From assembly GCA_963664705.1 (NCBI GenBank), contig OY761556.1, positions 6,752,001 to 6,816,000 on the forward strand: 64,000 bases of DNA, written 5' to 3'. The stretch is from Acidobacteriota bacterium. Its GTDB lineage: Bacteria > Acidobacteriota > UBA6911. Shown here one piece after another: positions 1 to 8,438 of this stretch. A program made the translations under genes and the position numbers. Positions within the stretch are counted from its first letter, which is position 1, and the number at the start of each line of letters is the position of its first letter. The notes beneath the pieces were generated by a model. It saw nothing but the letters and a program-made list of their open reading frames with translations. It did no database searches and had not been told where the DNA came from.

Positions 1-344
1 TCAAAAACGGTGGCCAGATTCGTCTGAAGATCCACGAATACATTAAAACCCCGTGGCGTTCCTGGAATCATGTGGGAGAAAAAGGCGATTTGTTTCAGGG
101 TCAGGGCGCCGTATCCGGCCTTGATTTTTGCGCCGCTGTTTTCCGAGAACGTCAGCTGTTTTTTGTTTGCGAACTCATAGTTCAACACAGGACCCTTGTC
201 GGTCACGATCTTCAGCGATTTTCCGGCAAGGACATCCGATAGTTCAGATGCGCAGGTGGGTCCAGCCTCGGTGACCTTCAGCTTATCCGCAACCTGCTTT
301 TCTGTCAGTTTCGTGTACTTGAATCGGTGCATGGGTATATTCAT
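1..344 (-). CDS. 5' part of a MoaF N-terminal-domain-like protein (runs off the window edge)
   Basis: Not in the ORF track. Manual translation from ATG at 344 (RBS GAGGAGG upstream) gives MNIPMHRFKYTKLTEKQVADKLKVTEAGPTCASELSDVLAGKSLKIVTDKGPVLNYEF..., open to position 1. LAGKSLKIVTD.GPVL.Y.F resembles the MoaF N-terminal domain. Confidence 0.6.
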   Translation of the reverse strand, partial: MNIPMHRFKYTKLTEKQVADKLKVTEAGPTCASELSDVLAGKSLKIVTDKGPVLNYEFANKKQLTFSENSGAKIKAGYGALTLKQIAFFSHMIPGTPRGFNVFVDLQTNLATVF

Positions 345-569
345 TTGATTGCCTCCTCTGAATGGCCCCGGATTTACGGGAGAGCTCTCTATTGACCTTC
401 TACCATAGCCGATTCCTGCAAGTCGCGACAACAGTTCATTTCAAGTCTTTGATTTCTGATTGTTGCGATAGCCACTGAAGGCCGATAAGATGACTGACAG
501 GTATCAGGCTGGCTAACCGGCATGGGATTGCATTGGCGCTCGTGCCCGTAAACGAGAGTGTTCAGGATT

Positions 570-782
570 ATGAAGATTACGATAAAGGTAGTTCCGAGTA
601 CCCCCGCAAAATTTCAGACCGGCGACATCATCCGATCCAAAAACACGCATAATACTGGCGTTGTCATGAACGCCAATTATATGAGTGAGTCCGAAATTGG
701 TCTGCGCAGAGTGGTCTACGAAATTATGGATGCTACCGGGAAGATCCGCAAAGAATACCAGCAGGATATCGAGCTTCTGTGA
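570..782 (+). CDS. Small hypothetical protein (70 aa, SH3/KOW-like beta pattern)
   Basis: ATG at 570 after AGGA. KFQTGDIIRSK..TGVV..VYEI pattern. Confidence 0.55.
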   Translation: MKITIKVVPSTPAKFQTGDIIRSKNTHNTGVVMNANYMSESEIGLRRVVYEIMDATGKIRKEYQQDIELL

Positions 783-785
783 GCC

Positions 786-1325
786 GGGAGCGCCGCCGTC
801 CCGGCTAATGCCGCATATTATTTGCCCGAGGAAGCCGGACGGTTGATGCATCTCAGCCCGAGCATTTGCCCAAGGAAGCCGGAAGCATGATGTTTCCCAG
901 CCCCAGCGGGGCAGCCAGAACGTAGCCGGGGGTGAGCGCTTTTTGCGAACCCCCGGATTGGATTAGTCATGTAACAAGCCCTGACGGGGCGGCCAGAACG
1001 TAGCCGGGGGTGAAGCGCTTTTTGCGAACCCCCGGATTGGATTAGTCATGTAACAAGCCCTGACGGGGCGGCAGAATGCTGTCTTTCGCCCCTTGCCGGG
1101 GCTCTTTCTCGCACTTGTCTCTACCGGGGGTTCGCTGCGCTTCACCCCCGGCTACGATCTTTCGGCCCTCAGGGCCTGCTGCTTCACTCGCGTCGCGGGG
1201 CTTAGAACCTATGGCAGGTGACATTGGAAGGGATGCCCAATGCCGCATATTATTTGCCCGAGGAAGCCGGAAGGTCGATGCATCTCACCCCGGCTACGCT
1301 CTTTCGGCCCCGCTGGGGCTAAGCT
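786..1325. repeat. Composite REP/BIME-like palindromic element, copy A, with an internal 78/79-bp tandem duplication (907-984, 985-1063)
   Basis: Near-identical reverse complement of 63473-63857. Modules GGGAGCGCCGCCGTCCCGGC and GTAGCCGGGGGTGAAGCGC..GCGAACCCCCGG. Lies between convergent genes. Confidence 0.85.
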
Positions 1326-1345
1326 TTCATGATGTCAGTCGGCTT

Positions 1346-3067
1346 TTATGCCATCCGCAGCGGCGGTGTTTCCTCGGGATCAATTTGGATTTCAATCAGC
1401 GTCGGGCCCTTTCTGCTGCAGATCGCCTGGTAATCGAGTCTGCCAAAATCCTCCGGATGACGAATCACGCAGGCCTCCGCTCCCACGGACTTCGCCATCT
1501 GGCAGAAATCGATGGGTGGGATCGCGAGGTCGATCCGTTCGCGGCTGGAGCGTCGCAGGGAATGCTTGATCATTCCATACGCACGATCCACCAGGACAAC
1601 AAAAATCACCGGCAGTTGCTGCTCCACCGCCGCCGAAATTTCCAGGCCATTCATCAGAAAGCATCCATCGCCGGTCAGACAAATCACCGGTGCGCCTTTT
1701 GCTCCCGCAGCCATTCCTACCGCGGCGCCGATTGCCCAGCCCATCGAAGCAAATCCTACCGACAGGTGATAGTGTTCCGGTTGGCGGTTGAAGAAGTAAT
1801 GAATGGACCACGGCACGCTGTTGCTATTGTCGATCAGGAAACGCGTTTCGGCCGGGAAGCGCTCCACGAGTTCCCGGATCGCGCGCTGCGGTTTGATGAC
1901 AGGAGAAGGATTGTCGAGCGAGCAGCCTTCCGGGGACTGGACCTCGATGCCCTGGGGCACATACCGGCGCTCCTCCACGCGATTGGCAACTTTGCCGGCT
2001 GCGGACTCGTCTTTCAGGATGGTTTTAGCCTGATCCGCGAGATGGCTGAATATCGTGCGGATTGTCCCACCTACATGCCGGCGAGCCATGGGCGATCGTG
2101 AAAAATAGTCTGTCGTGTTGTGAATGTGGACCAGTTTGTCATTCATCAACGCCGGATCCCATCCTCCGGTCGACCATTCGCCCAGTTCTGTCCCCGCTGC
2201 CAGGATGAGCCCTACGGATTCATCGACCAGCGCTTCGCGGGCTGTCCTGTGGCCCGCAAAACCAAACACGCCACGGGCCAGTGGGTGATAGGGATTGATT
2301 CGCGATTTTCCGCGTTGGGTCGTCACGATGGGTGCCTGGACCAGTTCGGCAAACTTTGTGATTTCAGCCGCGGCATCGTCGCAGTCATGACCGATCAGCA
2401 GGGCCACTCGGCGGCCCCGGCTCAATGTCTCGCGCAGATCCCGGCTGAGTTTTTCCAAAGCTGCGCCATCAGCTATTGCCGCGGATTCGGTGGCCAGCGC
2501 ATACAGGTTGGGAAATGCGATTTTATCGCCGTTCGCGGCAGGCGCGCGGAGGATATCGACCGGTATGCTCAGGTGCGCCGGGCCTTTGGGCGCCTGCAGC
2601 GCTACCGTCAGTGCGGCGGCAAGTTTTTTCTCCAACTGTTCGGGATGGGTCACGATGGAATTGTAGCGCGTGCAGTGATCGAACATCCCCACGATGTCCA
2701 TGGCATCGGCGGACGATTCCTGGAAAGGCCCCAAACCAAAGGTAGGCAGGGGCGTTTGCGGAGTAATCGCCAGCATGGGTATGTGATCGGCGTGGGCGCA
2801 GGCGACGCCGGTGAGCAGATTGGTCGCGCCAGGCCCCGTGGTGGCACAGCAGACGCCGATTCTTCCGGTTTCACGCGCATAGCCGTCTGCCATGAACGCC
2901 GCACCTCCCTCATGGCGCGCGAGTATGGAGCGCGGACCGCCTCTCTTTTCGCTGCGCGCCAGGGCATCATAAATGGGCCCCAAAGGGCTTCCGGGCACGC
3001 TAAAGACAAACTCCACGCCAAACTGCTCCAGATACCGGATAATTATGTCGCTAAAAGTCACATCCAT
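1346..3067 (-). CDS. Thiamine-diphosphate-dependent enzyme (acetolactate synthase/2-oxoacid decarboxylase-like)
   Basis: ARHEGGAAFMADGYAR, TTGPGATN and the GDGCFLMN ThDP-binding motif. Confidence 0.9.
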   Translation of the reverse strand: MDVTFSDIIIRYLEQFGVEFVFSVPGSPLGPIYDALARSEKRGGPRSILARHEGGAAFMADGYARETGRIGVCCATTGPGATNLLTGVACAHADHIPMLAITPQTPLPTFGLGPFQESSADAMDIVGMFDHCTRYNSIVTHPEQLEKKLAAALTVALQAPKGPAHLSIPVDILRAPAANGDKIAFPNLYALATESAAIADGAALEKLSRDLRETLSRGRRVALLIGHDCDDAAAEITKFAELVQAPIVTTQRGKSRINPYHPLARGVFGFAGHRTAREALVDESVGLILAAGTELGEWSTGGWDPALMNDKLVHIHNTTDYFSRSPMARRHVGGTIRTIFSHLADQAKTILKDESAAGKVANRVEERRYVPQGIEVQSPEGCSLDNPSPVIKPQRAIRELVERFPAETRFLIDNSNSVPWSIHYFFNRQPEHYHLSVGFASMGWAIGAAVGMAAGAKGAPVICLTGDGCFLMNGLEISAAVEQQLPVIFVVLVDRAYGMIKHSLRRSSRERIDLAIPPIDFCQMAKSVGAEACVIRHPEDFGRLDYQAICSRKGPTLIEIQIDPEETPPLRMA

Positions 3068-3255
3068 TGTTGCATCCCCGGTCGTTGATTGTTTTGATGT
3101 ACGGCTCCCGTCGGTGAATCATCCATTCTATGACTTCAGTCGCCTTGTTTCGAGTCTTGAGTTCACCGTTGGAATTTGCGAAATTTGCGGCAGATGGACA
3201 GCTCCATTTTCCGCCGCGAATTCCGCGAGAGCGACATGGATCCAAGGATAAGGCG

Positions 3256-4104
3256 CTATTGCGCTACCAATTCAACGCGGCGGTTCTTGGCCCGGCCTTC
3301 CTCCGTCTTGTTTGTGGCCACCGGAGCAAGAGAGGCGACACCGTATGCTTTGAGCCGCAGGGCGGCAGTTCCACTCCCCGTTACCAGCGCATTGACGACC
3401 GAATCGGCCCGAGCCAGCGACAGTTTCATGTTGTGATCGAAGGCGCCGGCATTGTCCGTGTGGCCGACGATATAAAGCTTGAGGCCGGCATCGTTTTTCA
3501 AAAGCTTTGCGATCTCGTCGAGAGCCGGCTTCGATTCCGGTTTTATTTCCGATTTGTCGGTATCGAAATAGATTCCATAGATGGCGATTTTGCCGTTCTC
3601 TCCAATGCCCCTGGCGAAGCTTGCCGCGTCAGCAACCACTTCCTGTTTCATCGCGCCCCTCTGGACGATGGTCATGTCGTAACGGCCATCGAAGGCTTTG
3701 ATATAAACCCAGGTTTCATTGGTTCCCTTGGTCAGCTTCAATATTGTGTTAAGGCCAAAATCATCCCATTCACGGACGACGGTCCCGCCAGCTTTTTTCG
3801 TGGCATTCTCGTGGTTGCGGATTATTTGCAGGCCACTCACCGCGCCCTGGCCGTCTGCCAGACGATACGCGACGGTATGAAATTTTCCCTCGACGACTTC
3901 CTTTTTTTGAGGCGCTACCGCGAACTCGAAACGATCGAAATCGGATACGCGGCAACTGTAGATCCAGAAGCCGGTCATGCGCGTGAACAACTCCGGATCC
4001 TTGCATCCCGTACTGTCGTTCGGAATGCCTGGAGCCTGGCTCGCCTGCAGAAGGCCGGTCATTGCAAAAGGGATCAGGAGGAGCAGACCAATTTTCTTCA
4101 GCAT
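3256..4104 (-). CDS. Exported OmpA-domain protein
   Basis: Signal peptide MLKKIGLLLLIPF. C-terminal IYFDTDKS..GHTDN..LSLARA..NRRVEL OmpA domain. Confidence 0.9.
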   Translation of the reverse strand: MLKKIGLLLLIPFAMTGLLQASQAPGIPNDSTGCKDPELFTRMTGFWIYSCRVSDFDRFEFAVAPQKKEVVEGKFHTVAYRLADGQGAVSGLQIIRNHENATKKAGGTVVREWDDFGLNTILKLTKGTNETWVYIKAFDGRYDMTIVQRGAMKQEVVADAASFARGIGENGKIAIYGIYFDTDKSEIKPESKPALDEIAKLLKNDAGLKLYIVGHTDNAGAFDHNMKLSLARADSVVNALVTGSGTAALRLKAYGVASLAPVATNKTEEGRAKNRRVELVAQ

Positions 4105-4502
4105 GATTTCTCCATTCTTAGAGTGTTGAGTTATGCGCAAGAGGGATTTGCAGGTCAGTCAGATCAAAACAGCCATTATGGGGAACTGTTTCATTTCCGG
4201 ACCGCTTTTTCCCAGAAATAATTGCCACAATACTTCGAAACTTTTTCCCCTGCAAAACGACATTCTATATTGTAAGGCCAGCGCTTTGTATCAATTTTGG
4301 TGAATCCGTTCTATGAAGCGATCAAACCGATAGCCATGCCGGCGCCAAGACAGGCGGTCAGAGGCATTGCATCGATAAGTCTTTCAGATGAGTTGTGAAA
4401 AGGTTAAAGTACTACCTAACCGTCCATGAAGGATGGCATCGGGCTGGAATTCCACTGGAGAACACGCGCTGGATTGGATCCGCCGGAAGGACGACAGAAC
4501 GT

Positions 4503-4952
4503 ATGATCGTAAGAATGATTACTGGTCTCGCTTTTATGCTTTTGATTGTGAATGTACCGGGAGTTCGCTCCGAACAGTCCGGATCCTACGTGGGATCGGA
4601 AAAATGTGCGCCCTGCCATTCTGATCTTAATGACACCTGGAAGACTACACGCCACGCCAAGGCCATCGAAAGCCTGAAAAAATCGGGGCAGGAAAAATTG
4701 CCCGCGTGCGTGAAATGCCACGTCACAGGCTTTGAAAAAGACGGCGGCTTTATCGATTATGAGCTGACACCTGAGATGGCCGGTGTTCAGTGTGAAGTCT
4801 GCCACGGTCCGGGCAGCGCGCATATTGCCGGGCCCTCGGCCAAAAATATTACAAAGGATCCAGGGGCTGCCTTGTGCCGGCAGTGTCACACCCAGGGCCA
4901 GGATCCCGGATTCAACTATGAAGTCAAAGTCAAGAGTGTGCATGGCAAGTAG
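4503..4952 (+). CDS. Periplasmic tetraheme cytochrome c (c554-like)
   Basis: Four CxxCH motifs (CAPCH, CVKCH, CEVCH, CRQCH), YVGSEKC and CEVCHGPGSAH signatures, N-terminal hydrophobic signal. Start is 4503 or 4515. Confidence 0.9.
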   Translation: MIVRMITGLAFMLLIVNVPGVRSEQSGSYVGSEKCAPCHSDLNDTWKTTRHAKAIESLKKSGQEKLPACVKCHVTGFEKDGGFIDYELTPEMAGVQCEVCHGPGSAHIAGPSAKNITKDPGAALCRQCHTQGQDPGFNYEVKVKSVHGK

Positions 4953-5021
4953 GCTGCAAAGAGAAGCATCCCGAGGATGCACAATGGAAAGGGGAAATGT
5001 TTTATGAAAGGTGGAAAAGCC

Positions 5022-5747
5022 ATGTCGGCCTTGGGGCGTGTCCTCTGGGTTGGTCTGATCTTTGCCGGACTGTCCTGTGCTTATGGCACTGCGGCGGAAG
5101 GCTTTCTCAAAGCAACGCCGGAACAGCTCGATACCGGGACGGTTCCGGAAGGGAAAACGATTGAAGTCGTGGTCAGCGTCCAGAATGTCTCGAAATCGCC
5201 GATCGAAATTACCAGCGTGCGGACCAGTTGAGCATGCACCGAAGCTATGCTTGGAAAGCATACACTCAACCCGAACGAAAAAACCGATCTCAAAGTAGTC
5301 TATCCGACCGCCGGACGGCCCGGGCCATTTGAGAAGAAGATCACTTTTACCACCAATGTCCCCGAGCATGAAAAAGTTGAAATCTTCATGATGAAGGGGG
5401 AAGTCCAGGAAGCGCCCGGAGCAAAAATTGTGGTTCTGCCCCGCAAGGTCGTACTGACCGCCGCCGAACGCAGCGCCGGGAAAAAGCAGTCCTTTGCCAT
5501 CACCAACGAGGGAAGTCTTCCGTTGGTCATCACCTCGATCCGATCCAAGGATGGCAAAAACGTTTACCTGGACGGTTCCAAGGCCGGGAACCTTACGGTG
5601 GAACCGGCGCAGACCAAGAATCTGGAGCTTCAGCTGCCAGGCAACAGCAGCGATAAGGAGGAGAAGGATTATATCCTCTTCTTCTCCAACGCCAAAAATG
5701 CCGGCGAATCCGGGCTCTTTGTCATGCTGCAATACCAGGCGCCGTAA
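5022..5747 (+). CDS. Putative exported selenoprotein, DUF1573/Ig-like two-domain protein (Sec at TGA 5229-5231; TS-U-ACT; about 241 aa)
   Basis: ORFs 4977..5231 and 5247..5747 are in frame and separated only by one TGA. Readthrough gives VRTS-U-ACTEAML, matching the DUF1573 V..SCGCT motif. A SECIS-like hairpin follows. Start is 5004 or 5022. Confidence 0.85.
5232..5269 (+). promoter_or_regulatory. Bacterial SECIS-like hairpin
   Basis: TATGCTT-GGA-AAGCATA (5246-5262). The G-led apical loop starts 21 nt after the TGA. Confidence 0.75.
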
Positions 5748-5757
5748 TGCATCGATG

Positions 5758-5808
5758 ACGGGTGGAATTTGTGGCTCTGCAAGGCGGACAGCCACGAATT
5801 CCACCCGT
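5758..5808. terminator. Hairpin of the GAATTCGTGGC/GCCACGAATTC repeat family (terminator or REP-like)
   Basis: ACGGGTGGAATTTGTGGCT...AGCCACGAATTCCACCCGT immediately after the stop codon. Confidence 0.65.
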
Positions 5809-5915
5809 TTCCATTTTCAGCCAAAACCTTCGTCGATAGTTGTTTCCAGCGCACAGCCAATCAACCGTGTCCTGTCCTGCTCCAAGATTCCGCGCTCCCA
5901 CCCTGGAGATAATTC

Positions 5916-5977
5916 TTGACCCGTCCCAATGCAATCCCTTACATTGATTATTATAGGATATGACATATCGTATAGGA
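5916..5977 (+). promoter_or_regulatory. Sigma70-like promoter plus operator upstream of UGSC-1
   Basis: TTGACC(5916)-N18-TACATT(5940). Operator TGACATATCGTATAGGA at 5961-5977, with a second TATAGGA half-site 19 bp upstream (5952-5958). Confidence 0.75.
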
Positions 5978-6056
5978 AACATACGATGATCGGGCAGTGC
6001 CTTGTGAGGGTGTTGCCTGAATTGAGGGATTAGAAACCTGAATAAGAGGTGCAAGC

Positions 6057-7841
6057 ATGAAGGTTAAGGCAATCAGCATATCGATTGTTTTGATCGCGAG
6101 CTTTTTAGCGGCGGGTGCATGGGCAGCGGATGCGGCGAAAATCGTCGTGATGAATCCGCGGGGCATCCAGCCTGAAATCCGCAAGATTCCGATGGCAAAA
6201 CGCCAGGCGACGCTCGACGACAAAACAGTCTACATCGTAGATACGAAATACCCGAACACGAAACCTTTCGTTGAAGCGCTGCTTGCGGCGCTGAAAGCCA
6301 AGTATCCGAAGACCACGTGGGTGGTGAAGGAAAAGCTCGGCGGATACATGGATGATGATCCGGCGCTGTGGAAGGAAACCAAAGAGAAAGCCGCCGCTGC
6401 CATCGTCCTGGTGGGGCATTGAAGCAGCTGCTCGCCGGCAGTTGTCGGCCATGCAGTGACACTGGAAAGAATGGGCATCCCCGCGGTACCGATGATCACA
6501 GCGCGTTTCAAAGAGCTGGTAACGACGATCTCGTACAAAAAAGGGATTCCGAACATGCGGATCACCTATACGCCGCATCCCATCACCGACAGACCCCGGG
6601 ATCTTTGCGACAAGTATGTGCAGGGCAACGATCCGAACAGCGGCCAGCCGATGCTGGAGCAGATCTATGGAGCGCTGACGAAGCCTCTGTCGGCGGAAGA
6701 CGCCAAAGCCGGCTTCCTCAAGCGAGATGCGCGCCCGAGGCTGTTGCCTCCGGACACGCCGGAAAACCTGCTGGAATACTTCCACGAACACGTCTTCACC
6801 GACGGCAACCCGATCATTCTCCCGACCGAACAGAAGGTGGCGGAAATGCTGAAAGCCACCAGCCGCAAGCCGGATGAATGGGTCGGCCAGATGCGTCCCT
6901 CTCCTCCCCATGAAGCCTGGTACTACACGGTGGAAATGGTCGCCGTGAATGCCGTCATGGCGGGAGCCAAACCGGAATACTTCCCCACGATCCTGGCGAT
7001 TGCCTCCAAGGGTTTGACCTCGATGTTCAGTTCGACTTCGTCGTTTGCCCGCATGGTCGTCGTCAACGGCCCGGTGGTGAAGGAAATCGGCATGAACACC
7101 AGCATCGGAGCACTGGGTCCGAACAACCGGGCCAACTCCTCCATCGGCCGCTGCTGGACGCTGATCTCCAAGAACCTCGGCGGATCCGGGAAACCGGGAG
7201 AAACCTACCTGGGCAGCCAGGGGAACCAGTTGAACTACAACAACCTCTGCTTCCCGGAAACGGAAGAAGGGTTGCCGGCAGGATGGAATCCGTTGTCGGT
7301 ACAGAAGGGTTTCAAGAAGTCCGACAGCGTGGTCAGCCTGTTCAGCGGCTGGAGCTTCAACGATATCGCCTGGTACTCGCCGCTGCCGCAGCATGAAGTC
7401 ATCCGCGGCTGGCTGGAACATTTCTTCTCGTTCGGGACGACGCAGGCAACACTGGTGCTCGATCCGATTGTGGCGGCCGACGTAGCGAACATCGGTCACT
7501 TTGCGACGAAGGAAGCCTTTGCCAAATGGCTGGCAGACAACACCGGGACCCCTGGCTGGCTGTACTGGTCGCAGAATGCCGATGCGCTGAAGCAGGCGAA
7601 GGATGGCGTGGAGCCCTATGCCACCTGGTACAAACAGGGCATGGGCGCCGTGGTGCCGGCTTCCCGCTATAAACGCGATGGTGCGGTGCCGGCGAGGAAC
7701 ACATCATTCATGGCCTCGAAGGACAGCGGCGAGCCGACCAATTCGCTCGAAATCGTGGTAACCGGCGGCGGGACGAACACGTTCTGGTCAGGCGGCGATT
7801 TCGGCTATGCGGGCAGCGCTTCCGTGGATCTCTGGAGATAG
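6057..7841 (+). CDS. Putative exported UGSC-family selenoprotein 1 (Sec122 at TGA 6420-6422; GH-U-SSC; 594 aa)
   Basis: ORFs 6057..6422 and 6456..7841 are in frame. Readthrough: IVLVGH-U-SSCSPAVVGHAVTLERMGIP. Signal peptide with an AWA cleavage site. SECIS-like hairpin. C-terminal domain carries TDGNPIILPTE, VAVNAVMAGAKPEYFP and NRANSSIGR. Confidence 0.9.
6423..6457 (+). promoter_or_regulatory. Bacterial SECIS-like hairpin
   Basis: GCTGC-TC-GCCGGC-AGTT-GTCGGC-CAT-GCAGT. The upper stem begins 11 nt after the TGA. Confidence 0.8.
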
Positions 7842-7854
7842 GAGGAACGATCAC

Positions 7855-8421
7855 ATGAAAAACAGATTAATGATAGCTGCAATGGCGCTGTTGGGATTGG
7901 TCGCATGCCTCCAGCCTGTCATGGCGCAGGAGAACACGCCCACGAATCCGGTTGCCGTAAAGGTGCCGCTGAAATCGATGGTCGAACTCGGGTCGGTGTA
8001 TACCAACATCTATGACATCACGATCACGGTACTTGAAACTGTTCGCGGCAATGCGGCGCTTGAACAGCTCAAGGCGGCGGATCCGAATGTCAAGGCGCCG
8101 GCAGCGGGCTTTGATTACGTGCTGGCACGCGTCAAGTTCGAACTCAAGGGGCGCTATGTCAGCGACAACCTGTCGTTTGATCTCGGAACCGAACCGCTGC
8201 AGTGGGTTTTGCTGTCGGGCGCGGATCTGACGGAATATGACCGGGTATCACTGACGGTTCCCAAGCCTGCGCTGGCAGGCATTGTGAAACCCGGCGGTTC
8301 GATGGAAGGCTGGGTGGGCTTTGCCGTTTCTCAGAAAGACGCCAAGCCGGTGATGGTATTTGATCCGGATACCGGCGGCGCCACCGGGCGCGGCAAAACT
8401 CTCTTCTTCAAGTTGTATTAG
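7855..8421 (+). CDS. Exported DUF4352-like (Ig-like) protein A
   Basis: RBS GGAGG and a signal peptide. ITVLETVRG..A....GFDYVLARVKFE..PGGSMEGWVGFAV. Paralog of 13647..14180. Confidence 0.8.
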   Translation: MKNRLMIAAMALLGLVACLQPVMAQENTPTNPVAVKVPLKSMVELGSVYTNIYDITITVLETVRGNAALEQLKAADPNVKAPAAGFDYVLARVKFELKGRYVSDNLSFDLGTEPLQWVLLSGADLTEYDRVSLTVPKPALAGIVKPGGSMEGWVGFAVSQKDAKPVMVFDPDTGGATGRGKTLFFKLY

Positions 8422-8438
8422 TAGATAAACTGAAAGGG

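Noticed and set aside
907-1063. Tandem 78-bp repeat as a CRISPR array
   Set aside because: Only two units, essentially identical along their whole length with no unique spacers, no cas genes, and part of a dispersed palindromic element.
4263-4279. TTCTATATTGTAAGGCC as a fourth operator upstream of the cytochrome gene
   Set aside because: Only about 11/17 match, the right half-site is broken, and there is no TTGAC at the conserved distance. It could simply be a -10 region.
1076-7499. Long alternative ORFs 1076..2101, 2120..3088, 3130..4221, 4416..5804 and 6105..7499
   Set aside because: Antisense shadows of well-supported genes in GC-rich DNA, with no recognisable motifs.
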